The notes under the pieces: generated by a model
Seen by the model: only the letters and a program-made list of their open reading frames with translations
Told to the model about the DNA's origin: nothing
Databases searched by the model: none
DNA from: a virus
Taxonomy: Duplodnaviria; Caudoviricetes
Strand: one strand, 5' to 3'
IMG/VR virus record: IMGVR_UViG_3300046786_000155
Span: 1 to 34,509 of that record
DNA length: 34,509 nucleotides
In this document: positions 8,182 to 17,092 of the stretch, in pieces
How positions within the stretch are numbered: the stretch's first letter is position 1
Layout of the letters: each line of letters opens with the position of its first letter
Translations under genes and position numbers: made by a program

Positions 8182-10307
8182 GCTTCACCAAAAAGTCCGA
8201 CTGGCTCTTTTACGCACCGGCAAATGTCTCCGGTGAGACTTCAACCATTCAGATCTTCGACCAGATTGGTGAGGACTGGTATGGTGCCAGCGGTCTGTCT
8301 GCAAAGCAGTTTTCAGATGTTCTGATTGAGTGCGGAAATGGTCCGCTCTTGGTTGAGATCAACTCTCCCGGTGGCAACGTCTGGGATGGGTTGTCGATCT
8401 ATAACCAGCTTCGCGGTCGCAAAGCTCCTGTTACGACCCGAGTGGTTGGCATTGCGGCTTCGATTGCTTCCATCATCGCTCTTGCCGGTGATCGCGTCGA
8501 GATGGCCGATGCCGCTCTGATGATGATTCACGATCCGTCTGGAATGGCTTCTGGCACTTCCGAGGATATGCGAAAGATGGCTGATGCTTTGGATCAACAC
8601 GCCGAAGTGTTGGTTGGAGTGTATGCCAAAAAGACCGGCAAGTCTCCTGAAGCCATTAGGGCTGCGATGAAAGCGGAGACTTGGTTCACCACCGAGGAAG
8701 CGATGATGTTCGGTCTTTGCGACAAACCTATCAAACAACTCGCGATGGCTGCTAAATGGCATCCGCGAGCCGTGACTAAGACGGCTCCACCCACGGTCAA
8801 GAGCAATCTTGAGCGCGGAATCAAACAGTATGAGGAAGGTCTCGGCGGTGATGGGCTTGAGGAAGCCACCGTCATTGACGCTCGCAACCTCGTTAAAGGC
8901 GAAGAGCCGAGTCCCCAGAAGATTAAGAAAGCGGTCGCTTGGTGGGCTAGGAACGAGCGTTTTCTTGAGGCCGAGCCTAACACTCCTGCCGATGTCGCTG
9001 CCAACCTTTGGGGTGGTGCGGCTGGACGCGATTGGTTCACCGCTCTTGCCGTCCAATTGGACGAAGAGCAAGAACTCACCGAGACCGAAGACAAGATTTC
9101 AGCGGATGGCAACAACGCCGTCAGCGAAAATGGCAAAGCTTCTTTGCCGCAACCAACACAACAACCCGACACAAATATGTCCGATAGCACTACTGTGACG
9201 GCTGCGGCTGCTCCTGCCGCTTCCGTTGACCTCGCGTCCATCATGGCGAAGCTCTCCGCTCTGGAAGCTTCGTTGAAGGCTCCCTCCGCTGCTCCCGCTC
9301 CTGAGCCGGTGCGCCCCGTGATTCAGAACCTCGGCAACCCGCTGCTGGAGCAGCACAAGTCGTTTAAGGCTGGTGCTGATCGTCGCAAGTGGCTGATTGA
9401 GAACCACAGCGAGTTGATCCGCCAGAACCAGATTCACGCTCCGCAGAACACCAATACCTTCACCTCGACGCTGGTGGTGGATTACCTCGCTGATGCGGTT
9501 ATCACCATTGCCACCAACAAGCTGGCGATGCTCGACGGTTTCAGCCGCAACGTGGGTCTGGATAACCTCCGCCCCCGCGCTACGGTTCGCGTGAAGCGTT
9601 TCACGACTGGTTCGGTCGCTCAGACCAACACCTCGAACTTCGAGACCAACGACGATTCGACGCTTGCCGCGACCACCGTCACGGTCAACCAGATCACCAA
9701 GAGCTTCAGCGTCAACCAGCAGGAACTCAATCAGGGTTTCCAGTTGGCTGACCTCGCTCAGGGTTCCGCTGACCTGTTCGCCAATGGCATTTCTGATGTC
9801 GTCACCGCGCTGATGGTTGCCGCTAACTACGACGCTCCGGTTACTATCGGAACCGCCGCTAACTTTGACACCAGCGATCTCCCCGCGATTCTTGCGATCG
9901 CCAAGAACTATCGCTCCAAGAGCCTCATTCTGGATGGTGGACACCTCGCTCGCCTCCAGTTCTCCGGTGCTGCCAACTACTTCCCCGATGGTCGTTTGAC
10001 CTCGCTGGCGAATGGCAAGTTCGGCTTCGATCTGATTGCTGAGAACAACCGCTGGTCCAGCGCGGTTGCTAACACCGTCGGTTTTGTCTGCGGTCCTGAC
10101 GCGATTGCCATCGCTTCCGGTCTGCCTGTGGGCATGATCGCTGGTGAATTCATCGAACAGCGCACGGTGACAACCTCGAACGGTCTGTCCGCGCTCTTGT
10201 CGGTCTGGTACAGCCGAGCCACCCGCAGCCACTACGCGAGCTACGACATCATGTTCGGTGCTGGCGTTGGCGATGCGACCCAAGCCGAGATTCTGGTGAC
10301 CGCTTAA
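8178..10307 (+). CDS. ClpP-type prohead protease fused to major capsid protein
   Basis: INSPGG, GIAASIAS (Ser), MMIHDP (His), ETWF..EEA; low-complexity linker; about 370-aa C-terminal capsid-like region ending YDIMFGAGV. Confidence 0.88.
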   Translation: MSFTKKSDWLFYAPANVSGETSTIQIFDQIGEDWYGASGLSAKQFSDVLIECGNGPLLVEINSPGGNVWDGLSIYNQLRGRKAPVTTRVVGIAASIASIIALAGDRVEMADAALMMIHDPSGMASGTSEDMRKMADALDQHAEVLVGVYAKKTGKSPEAIRAAMKAETWFTTEEAMMFGLCDKPIKQLAMAAKWHPRAVTKTAPPTVKSNLERGIKQYEEGLGGDGLEEATVIDARNLVKGEEPSPQKIKKAVAWWARNERFLEAEPNTPADVAANLWGGAAGRDWFTALAVQLDEEQELTETEDKISADGNNAVSENGKASLPQPTQQPDTNMSDSTTVTAAAAPAASVDLASIMAKLSALEASLKAPSAAPAPEPVRPVIQNLGNPLLEQHKSFKAGADRRKWLIENHSELIRQNQIHAPQNTNTFTSTLVVDYLADAVITIATNKLAMLDGFSRNVGLDNLRPRATVRVKRFTTGSVAQTNTSNFETNDDSTLAATTVTVNQITKSFSVNQQELNQGFQLADLAQGSADLFANGISDVVTALMVAANYDAPVTIGTAANFDTSDLPAILAIAKNYRSKSLILDGGHLARLQFSGAANYFPDGRLTSLANGKFGFDLIAENNRWSSAVANTVGFVCGPDAIAIASGLPVGMIAGEFIEQRTVTTSNGLSALLSVWYSRATRSHYASYDIMFGAGVGDATQAEILVTA

Positions 10308-10318
10308 TCCTAAAGGAT

Positions 10319-10495
10319 ATGCGTCTCGCTACCACCATTGCAGTGGACAAGAACGGCAAGAGTAAGCTGGTTTCTGGTCCCGAAGTTGATGCGTCTCTCC
10401 AGCGCGACAACTTCAACACTGCGAACGTCCCAGAAGGAGGCAAGCTGATCCTGTGGATACAGGGAGCCTTAGCACCGAAAGTCCGAAAAGGTTAA
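10319..10495 (+). CDS. Hypothetical 58-aa protein (not in the ORF track)
   Basis: AAGGA-t-ATG start; MRLATTIAVDKNGKSKLVSGP...KVRKG; fills the gap after the capsid gene. Confidence 0.65.
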   Translation: MRLATTIAVDKNGKSKLVSGPEVDASLQRDNFNTANVPEGGKLILWIQGALAPKVRKG

Positions 10496-10504
10496 CCTAA
10501 AATT

Positions 10505-10538
10505 GGGGAGGCTGCTGGAAAGTTCCGGTGGCCTCCCC
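10505..10538 (+). terminator. Strong GC-rich hairpin after the capsid unit
   Basis: GGGGAGGCTGCTGGA / TCCGGTGGCCTCCCC 15-bp stem with G-U pairs; no clear U-tract. Confidence 0.55.
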
Positions 10539-10555
10539 TCTAACCAGATTTCAAA

Positions 10556-10825
10556 ATGTCCGCTTACCAGTCAGACGTAGCAACGCAGGATTCGATGGGT
10601 CATCAGGGGTTCACTCTGGTCACCGGAACCTCCGCTCAGACGAGCGGTTACATCGCAATCCAGACCATCACCGCGACCGTGATCTCGTCCATTGCTGGCA
10701 CTGGTATCACCGGAACGTGGAGCGGAACCACCATTCCCGCTGGCATCACCATCGTGGGTAAGATCTCCAGCTTTACGCTGACGAGTGGTGCTGTCATCGC
10801 ATACTTCGCTCGCGCCACCACCTGA
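10556..10825 (+). CDS. Small Thr/Ser/Gly-rich virion protein (decoration-like)
   Basis: Beta-rich TIPAGITIVGKISSFTLTSGAVIAY; in the structural module. Confidence 0.6.
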   Translation: MSAYQSDVATQDSMGHQGFTLVTGTSAQTSGYIAIQTITATVISSIAGTGITGTWSGTTIPAGITIVGKISSFTLTSGAVIAYFARATT

Positions 10826-10983
10826 TGACACTCGCGCTCTCACTGCAACTGTCTACGTCGGATGATGCCATCGAAGTGGCATATCCTGCGATGGACCGTT
10901 ACCTGATGCAGGAGGACGCGACATCGTTTGTCCTTCAAGAGGACGGCACTTCCAAAATCGTTTTCTCACTCTCCACCGACTAA
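10825..10983 (+). CDS. 52-aa protein with tandem L.QEDG motifs (possible fibre adaptor)
   Basis: TGATG-coupled; DRYLMQEDATSFVLQEDGTSKI; directly upstream of the fibre gene. Confidence 0.6.
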   Translation: MTLALSLQLSTSDDAIEVAYPAMDRYLMQEDATSFVLQEDGTSKIVFSLSTD

Positions 10984-10994
10984 CTTCCTGACAT

Positions 10995-12662
10995 ATGCCT
11001 GACAGCAAGATAACAGCCCTGACGAGCATCGGAGCCTCTACCGATCCCGCGAACGATCCGCTTGTGTTGGTGGACGTTTCCGATACGTCGATGGCCGCTA
11101 CCGGCACGACCAAGAAGGTCACGCTGAACCAACTGCTTGGCGCAAGCGGCACCGCCACCCTCGCCTCCGCCACCATCACCGGCGATCTGACGGTGGATAC
11201 CAGCACCCTAAAGGTTGATTCGGCGAACAATCGGGTTGGTATTGGTACGACTTCTCCGATTTCGTTGGCTCAGCTGTCTGGAGCTACGCCTAGCCTAACC
11301 CTTAGTGACACAACGGCTTCAAGCGGGTCGTTTTTTAACATTCTCTTTCGTCATACGGATGGTCTGAGTGCGACTTACAACATTGCAACCATTCAGGGTC
11401 AGACGAATGGCAACGGTGGCAACGGAAACCTGATTTTCTATACCGCTGCGAGCAATTCAAACACCGAGCGGTACAAGATTGACAGCACCGGCGTAGCCAC
11501 TTGGTCCAACGTCGGCGGAGTCGCTGGCACCGCCATGACCCTGAACTCTACGGGGTTGGGCGTGGGGGTTACGCCTTCTGCTGGCGATGGTTCCGGTGTG
11601 TTCAAAGCGGCTGGAACTGGGTCCGGAGCGACTAATACGCGGGTTGGTCTGGATGTTCGAGAAATCACTTCCGGTAATGCCGCTGGCATTTGGCTGGGAG
11701 CGATGAACAGCGAGAACACCGGTGTCATCGGTTCTCGTACCGCGAGCGGAAACATCGCTTTCCAGACGTTCAACGGTGCGTCTTGGGGAGAGCGGATGCG
11801 CATCGACTCCTCCGGCAACGTCGGCGTGGGGGTTACGCCGAGTGCGTGGTTTGCTAGTTCGTACAAAGCACTTCAAGTGAACACCACTGGTGTTCTTGCC
11901 AGCTTCGGAAGTGGATCAAATCAGTCCACTCGTCTTGCTAACAACTGGTTCAGCAACACATCAGGTGTTGACACATACATCACCAGCAATTTCGCCACTG
12001 TCTATCAACAGAATTCTGGCCAGCATCAGTGGTACACCGCTGCCTCCGGCACCGCTGGCAACGCCATCACCTTCACCCAAGCGATGACGCTCGACGCGAG
12101 CGGGAATCTGTTGGTGGGGACGACGAGTCAGCCAACCGGTGTAACTGGATCAAAGGGTACATTTAAGTCAGCGGCATCCGATTGGACATCGGTTGTTTGG
12201 AACTCAAACGCCACTCCATTTGGGCTGAGAATCCAACATGATACAGATGTAAATGGAAGCAGCAGTCAGTTCTTGTTTTGTTATGCAGGATCAACGACTA
12301 GGGCCGAAATCCGATCCAATGGAGGCTTGGCCAACTATCAGGCTAACAATGTCAACCTTTCTGACGCCCGTACCAAGACAGACATCAAGCCTCTTGCTTC
12401 ATACTGGAACAAGATTAAGTCGCTGGAGTTGGTGACGTTCAAGTACAAGGATCAGACTCACAGTGACGATAACATCGGTTTGATTGCCCAGCAGGTTGAG
12501 TCTGTCGCTCCTGAACTGGTTGACGTTGATGGATTCGGTGAAACTCCTGCCGACGGAGTTCCGCTCAAGACCATCTACACCACCGATCTGTACCACGCTT
12601 CGATCAAAGCGTTGCAGGAAGCCATGGCCCGTATCGAAGCTCTGGAAGCCAAACTCGCCTAA
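10995..12662 (+). CDS. Fibre protein with C-terminal intramolecular chaperone (peptidase S74-like)
   Basis: MPDSKITAL N-terminus; repeated ERMRIDSSGNVGVG-type units; SDARTKTDI cleavage motif, IGLIAQQVE, terminal coiled coil. Confidence 0.88.
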   Translation: MPDSKITALTSIGASTDPANDPLVLVDVSDTSMAATGTTKKVTLNQLLGASGTATLASATITGDLTVDTSTLKVDSANNRVGIGTTSPISLAQLSGATPSLTLSDTTASSGSFFNILFRHTDGLSATYNIATIQGQTNGNGGNGNLIFYTAASNSNTERYKIDSTGVATWSNVGGVAGTAMTLNSTGLGVGVTPSAGDGSGVFKAAGTGSGATNTRVGLDVREITSGNAAGIWLGAMNSENTGVIGSRTASGNIAFQTFNGASWGERMRIDSSGNVGVGVTPSAWFASSYKALQVNTTGVLASFGSGSNQSTRLANNWFSNTSGVDTYITSNFATVYQQNSGQHQWYTAASGTAGNAITFTQAMTLDASGNLLVGTTSQPTGVTGSKGTFKSAASDWTSVVWNSNATPFGLRIQHDTDVNGSSSQFLFCYAGSTTRAEIRSNGGLANYQANNVNLSDARTKTDIKPLASYWNKIKSLELVTFKYKDQTHSDDNIGLIAQQVESVAPELVDVDGFGETPADGVPLKTIYTTDLYHASIKALQEAMARIEALEAKLA

Positions 12663-12668
12663 TATCCC

Positions 12669-13028
12669 ATGAACATCTCTTGGATCATCGAACGCCTTCT
12701 CGTTAAGCCGACCGAAGGCTCGCTCACCGATGTCGTCATCACCGCCGACTGGCGATGCAACGGCACCGATGGAACGTACAGCGGCACTTGCTACGGCAGC
12801 GCGTCGTTCGCTCCTCCTACGGAGGGCTTCACGCCGTATCCTGATCTGACCGAAGCGCAAGTCCTCGGCTGGTGCTTCAGCAATGGCGTCGATCAGAGCG
12901 CGATTGAGGCGAACGTCTCCGCGCAAATCGAGAACCAGATCAACCCTCCGGTCATCGCTCCGCCGCTGCCGTGGTTGCCGCCGGTTGTTGTTGCGCCGAC
13001 TGAAGCTGTCGTCGATGCTGCCGCTTGA
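12669..13028 (+). CDS. Fibre-associated protein
   Basis: W.I..L...DVV...W...FTPY.DLTEAQVLGW...IE.QINPP....LPW family, which commonly follows such fibres. Confidence 0.65.
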   Translation: MNISWIIERLLVKPTEGSLTDVVITADWRCNGTDGTYSGTCYGSASFAPPTEGFTPYPDLTEAQVLGWCFSNGVDQSAIEANVSAQIENQINPPVIAPPLPWLPPVVVAPTEAVVDAAA

Positions 13029-13029
13029 T

Positions 13030-13176
13030 ATGGAAATCACTATCAAGCTGAACGAAACCGAAGCCAATAATCTGATCGCTCTGATCGACATCGCGGTCAA
13101 AGCCGGTGGTCTTGCTAACGCTGCCGTCGCTTTGCCGCTGGTCGAGAAGATCAAGTCCGCCGCTCAACCTCAGTAA
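13030..13176 (+). CDS. Hypothetical 48-aa protein
   Basis: ATG at 13030; MEITIKLNETEANNLIALIDIAVKAGG...; tight packing. Confidence 0.65.
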   Translation: MEITIKLNETEANNLIALIDIAVKAGGLANAAVALPLVEKIKSAAQPQ

Positions 13177-13179
13177 CCC

Positions 13180-13353
13180 ATGCAAACAGACAGCACCAAC
13201 AACGGAAGTGGAGTTGGAATCTCACTCGCAACTGCCGCCGCTGCTGGTGCAGTCTCGTTCATCCCAACACTGACGCAATGGTTCCAGCTCGGGGCCGCTG
13301 TGTTGGCTTTCATCGCTGCCGCAATTGGACTCTACAAAGCCATTAATAAATGA
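13180..13353 (+). CDS. Small membrane protein, holin-like (57 aa, not in the ORF track)
   Basis: Two hydrophobic segments and a basic C-terminus (GLYKAINK); ATGA overlap with the next gene. Confidence 0.6.
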   Translation: MQTDSTNNGSGVGISLATAAAAGAVSFIPTLTQWFQLGAAVLAFIAAAIGLYKAINK

Positions 13354-13532
13354 ACTGGAAAACGACTCTCGCTGGTGTTGGTGCAATCATGGTTGCCGTT
13401 GGTGGAGCTTTGAAGGCTCTCTTCGACGGTGATCCCGCGACCAATATTGATCTGACTGCGACCATTGCCGCTGTGACGGTTGGTTTCGGTCTGATCGCCG
13501 CAAAAGATGCGGACAAGAAGAAGACCGAGTGA
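13350..13532 (+). CDS. Holin-like two-TM protein
   Basis: MNWKTTLAG...GLIAAKD; two TM segments and a charged tail. Confidence 0.7.
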   Translation: MNWKTTLAGVGAIMVAVGGALKALFDGDPATNIDLTATIAAVTVGFGLIAAKDADKKKTE

Positions 13533-13672
13533 ACATCATCGAACAGATCGTCACCGCTCTTCTGAAGTGGTTGACTGGTCTGGCGAAAACACCACCAACC
13601 GTTGAAGATGCGAAACCAGACAAAGAGCTTAAAGCAAAGCTTCTGGATCGCATTGACCGCTCTGGTGGGTAG
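13529..13672 (+). CDS. Putative inner-spanin-like protein (47 aa)
   Basis: GTGA-coupled; N-terminal amphipathic/hydrophobic helix then a charged helix; overlaps a lipoprotein gene. Confidence 0.45.
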   Translation: MNIIEQIVTALLKWLTGLAKTPPTVEDAKPDKELKAKLLDRIDRSGG

Positions 13673-13838
13673 TTGTGGCTGTGGCACTCGCGTTGTCATG
13701 GTGCCTCACGGTGAGCCGGTAAGGCTTGCTGAGAGCGTCCAAGCGCGAGTCTGGGTCAAAGGAGCGGACGGGGTTTCTGTGCGCTCTAGCAACCGAATTA
13801 CGTTGTCCGAGGGTTGGTACGCATTGCCGAAAGATTGA
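13608..13838 (+). CDS. Putative outer-spanin-like lipoprotein
   Basis: Basic N-terminus, FWIALTALVGSCGC signal/lipobox; Rz/Rz1-like overlap. Confidence 0.55.
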   Translation: MRNQTKSLKQSFWIALTALVGSCGCGTRVVMVPHGEPVRLAESVQARVWVKGADGVSVRSSNRITLSEGWYALPKD

Positions 13839-13841
13839 ACC

Positions 13842-14342
13842 ATGGCTCAACAAGTCATCAACACGGGTACAACCGCCAACGACAACACCGGAGACACGCT
13901 CCGCGCTAGTTGGCAGAAGGCCAACGACAACTTCTCGGAGATCTATGCCGCGCTGCCTATGGTGGCTCCTGAGGCGTGGGTTCCTACGCTGACCGATTCT
14001 GGTGGTGGTCGCACGTTCTCGACGACGGTCAACACCGCTCGCCATACGTCGATCGGGTTTGTTTCAACATTCACCGCAGACATCACCGTTAACTCGGTGA
14101 CTGGAACTGCTTCTGGTGCATTGCGGCTTTCACTTCCAGACGCTGTCACTTACACGTCAGCGGTATCCGTTTGGATGACAAATGGAACCAACCAAGCCAA
14201 AACGATGATCATTGGGCGCGTTGTTGGTGGGACAAATTATCTGGAGATTTCAGCGTTTGAAACTGGAGTGAGCAGCAGTCTTGCTGGACATATTCAAGCG
14301 ACTTCACGGTTAATTGTTTCTGGCGTCTACTTCACGGCGTGA
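13842..14342 (+). CDS. Virion structural protein
   Basis: N-terminal INTGTTANDNTGDTLR...KANDNF.EIY motif, as in T4 gp9/gp10-like and fibre N-termini. Confidence 0.6.
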   Translation: MAQQVINTGTTANDNTGDTLRASWQKANDNFSEIYAALPMVAPEAWVPTLTDSGGGRTFSTTVNTARHTSIGFVSTFTADITVNSVTGTASGALRLSLPDAVTYTSAVSVWMTNGTNQAKTMIIGRVVGGTNYLEISAFETGVSSSLAGHIQATSRLIVSGVYFTA

Positions 14343-14794
14343 ACCTGATTGCAACCAGTCTTCAGTTGGGAATGACGGTCCTTCAGGGAGCGATGGGAAA
14401 TCCATCGTTCTTGTGGCAGGGGTCGCTCGTCCGCTGTATTCCTGCTGCGATCACTGACGCCAATAACGTCATCAACGGCGGATTTCAGGACAACGTGCAG
14501 GTCCGTCTGCTGGTCAAGTTAGCTGACTGGCGATTGGCTGACTCGACGCTGGTCACTGTAGACGCGACCGTCTGGAGTGCTGATGTTGGATCAACCGCTG
14601 ACCGTCTCCTGCAAGAAAGCGGAAGTTTGATTCTGCAAGAGAACACCGACGCTCTTCAGCTTACGTTCGGAAAGATGATTCCGGTGGTGGGTCGCACACT
14701 TACCTACGATGGGCGAACTCTGCGAATCATCTCCGCGAAGCGAGACGGAACCGGTGCATATTACGTTCTTGAATTGGGGGCCAAGACCAAATGA
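14339..14794 (+). CDS. Head-tail joining/closure-like protein
   Basis: P.VGRTLTYDGRTLRI C-terminus typical of FII-like proteins; position. Confidence 0.5.
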   Translation: MNLIATSLQLGMTVLQGAMGNPSFLWQGSLVRCIPAAITDANNVINGGFQDNVQVRLLVKLADWRLADSTLVTVDATVWSADVGSTADRLLQESGSLILQENTDALQLTFGKMIPVVGRTLTYDGRTLRIISAKRDGTGAYYVLELGAKTK

Positions 14795-15573
14795 GGCCAA
14801 CTGTCACAGTCGATACGTCTCGGTTTGATGCGGCTTGGAAGGAATACTTGCCCAAGACCAAGCGGTCGCTTGCTGATGCGGTCAACGCTCGCACCTTTTT
14901 CTTGATGCTGCGGTTGTATTGCTTGCTGCCTCCGAAGTCTCCGCAAGCAGCGCGGAATAAGATTCTCGACTACTACAACCGGCCCATTGGTTCCCCTGCC
15001 TTTGACAAGAAGACCGGCAAAAAGGTTGGGCGCTCTCGTCAGTTGCGTTTGGTGCATCTGATTGCTCAAGCCAAGAATGCGAAGGCTGGCAATGAGGGGC
15101 TTTACGGTCAGAAGATGAAAGACGCTGCTGCAAAGCTCCGCCGCCGCGCTGCCGGTTCTGTTGGTTACCTCAAGTCGTGCGTGACTAAGGGAATCAAGAA
15201 GCTCTCTCCGTCGTTCCAGCAATTCGGAGGAACTCGACGAGCCAAGAAGGGTTCGGCTCAAGTTCGATCTGTTGCCGCCAATCAAGCATTGGTGAACCTC
15301 GCCAACCAGTACGGTTTGCCTTACGAGAACGTCTCAATGCATCGTGGGTCTTCAGCCTACGCTTACAATGCGAAGGCTGGCTTCAACCCGCATTCGCACG
15401 TCCGAATGAACATCGGTTTGGCTGACGATCAGATTGGTAAGGTGGAGAGCATTTACTCCAAAGCGATGCAACAAGCTTACGACGACGAAGCGCGTGAGCT
15501 TGAAATCCACATTGCCGCAAAGTTGGCCGAAGCATTTGACGGGTCCGAGTCGAAAGGAATTGTCGTACAATGA
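14791..15573 (+). CDS. Basic neck/tail-completion-like protein
   Basis: K/R-rich; lies between closure and terminator genes; positional call. Confidence 0.45.
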   Translation: MRPTVTVDTSRFDAAWKEYLPKTKRSLADAVNARTFFLMLRLYCLLPPKSPQAARNKILDYYNRPIGSPAFDKKTGKKVGRSRQLRLVHLIAQAKNAKAGNEGLYGQKMKDAAAKLRRRAAGSVGYLKSCVTKGIKKLSPSFQQFGGTRRAKKGSAQVRSVAANQALVNLANQYGLPYENVSMHRGSSAYAYNAKAGFNPHSHVRMNIGLADDQIGKVESIYSKAMQQAYDDEARELEIHIAAKLAEAFDGSESKGIVVQ

Positions 15574-16058
15574 ATGGAGTCGCAATGCGTACCGAGCGAG
15601 CGTTGGCCGATTGGCTGGCTGCTCAAGACTGGTCAGCGTCTCCGCTTGGTACACCAGCTTGTCTCACCAGCTACGGACATGGCGCGTTCAACGATCCCGA
15701 CTCGGAGGATCGAATGCCCGATTTTCCGCGAATCGTGATCCGTTCTTCGACTGCGGTTCCGGTCCATCCGATTGACCGCACTTGCGAGCTTGATGTCACC
15801 GCAACGCTTCAGTTGTCCGCTGACGACACCTCGGAATCTGACGCTCTGCTGACCGTTGCAGCGTTTGAGAACATTCTCCAACCGCTGTTCGTCGATGACA
15901 ACATCTCGGATCTGAACACCGGAGATGATGACCCGTCCGGTGGGTTCACTGCATTCTTTGCAACTCCGACTGATTTTGGAGTGAACGACACTAGTGAAAG
16001 GGCTAGAACTTTCTCGCGGTCGATGACAATCTTTGCAGCAGCAAACGCAAACACTTAA
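15570..16058 (+). CDS. Tail terminator-like protein
   Basis: Acidic 162 aa with FPRIVI motif, directly before the tail tube gene. Confidence 0.5.
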   Translation: MNGVAMRTERALADWLAAQDWSASPLGTPACLTSYGHGAFNDPDSEDRMPDFPRIVIRSSTAVPVHPIDRTCELDVTATLQLSADDTSESDALLTVAAFENILQPLFVDDNISDLNTGDDDPSGGFTAFFATPTDFGVNDTSERARTFSRSMTIFAAANANT

Positions 16059-16071
16059 CACCTAACACAAC

Positions 16072-16536
16072 ATGGCAGTTTCAAAAGGACTCGCGCTAGT
16101 CTATGGCGCAAAGGGAACCATAACGCTTTACACTCCTGCTGGAGTCGCTCTGACGACTGGAGCAATCAGCACCATTGAGAGCTACGACGCGACCCATGAA
16201 GCCGATGTCGAGCAGATCAAGAATTCTGCTGGTGAGACTGTGGCTCAGGTGTCAGCCAATGAGCGCATTTCGCTGAACGTGACGTTTATTCCATCAGCTG
16301 CGAGCTTCGCTCAAGCAAAGCTTGCCGCTGGTCTCCCTGCTGTGAATGGTTATGCGACGATTGCTTCAAGCGACGGCGTGACTATTGGCGGTGGGTCGAT
16401 TGACGGAAATTACGTTTATGCCGGTGGTGGCAGCGTCAAATTTACCAGCAGCGGTAAGGTGATGGTTACCGTCACGGTTACCAAGTATTTGGACGCGAGC
16501 GCGTTGACTGGTAACGCTTCGACGTTCACGCTGTAA
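16072..16536 (+). CDS. Major tail tube protein
   Basis: 154 aa, T/S/G/A-rich beta composition; two genes before the tape measure. Confidence 0.6.
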   Translation: MAVSKGLALVYGAKGTITLYTPAGVALTTGAISTIESYDATHEADVEQIKNSAGETVAQVSANERISLNVTFIPSAASFAQAKLAAGLPAVNGYATIASSDGVTIGGGSIDGNYVYAGGGSVKFTSSGKVMVTVTVTKYLDASALTGNASTFTL

Positions 16537-16539
16537 TCT

Positions 16540-17091
16540 GTGGCCGATCTTGCAAAGATCCTGTCAGAGACTGGACCTCAAGCACCAGTAGTGCTTGGGG
16601 TTCGACTCGTTCCTTACACCGTAGGCCACGCCATCGTGCTTCAAAGGTTGTGCTCTCCGTTTGTAATTGGCGGCGAGATCGCACCAACCGATCTGGTGGA
16701 AGCTGTGACCGTTTGCTCACAGTCTCCGCTGGAGTCCATCCGATCAATCAAATCTAGGTGGAGCGGTCTTGTTCTATGGCTGTGGGGCAAGCGCATTGCC
16801 AAGCTCAATCTGCTGGCTGAGTCCGACAAGTTTCAGCTTTGGTTGAAAGAGCAATCGACCGCTCCCGAAGTGCTGATGGAGAGCGGAAGCAAGTCAAAGA
16901 CTCCTGCCATGCCATGGCCCGAGCGAGTCTTGGTTGGATGTCTCAATATCGGAATCGCTCCTGACGATGCAATTCAGATGCCTCTTGGTGATGCGGAAAG
17001 GCTTATTTTGGCTCACGCCGAAATGATGGGACACGTTCAACTGTGGGACGATAGAAGCGAAGCAATCTGGCAGAGCCAGCAAGAGGTCTAA
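16540..17091 (+). CDS. Tail assembly chaperone-like protein
   Basis: Between tube and tape measure; ends with an AIQMPLGDA motif. Confidence 0.5.
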   Translation: MADLAKILSETGPQAPVVLGVRLVPYTVGHAIVLQRLCSPFVIGGEIAPTDLVEAVTVCSQSPLESIRSIKSRWSGLVLWLWGKRIAKLNLLAESDKFQLWLKEQSTAPEVLMESGSKSKTPAMPWPERVLVGCLNIGIAPDDAIQMPLGDAERLILAHAEMMGHVQLWDDRSEAIWQSQQEV

Positions 17092-17092
17092 A

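Noticed and set aside
9099-10283. 394-aa minus-strand ORF (also 8313..9071, 5674..6327, 12399..13154 and others)
   Set aside because: Antisense shadows of well-supported + strand genes, with no recognisable motifs.
10995-12662. Diversity-generating retroelement acting on the fibre
   Set aside because: No reverse transcriptase and no adenine-specific TR/VR pair seen.
16540-17091. Programmed G/GT frameshift in the tail chaperone
   Set aside because: A single ORF fills the gap up to the tape measure gene, and I saw no convincing slippery site.
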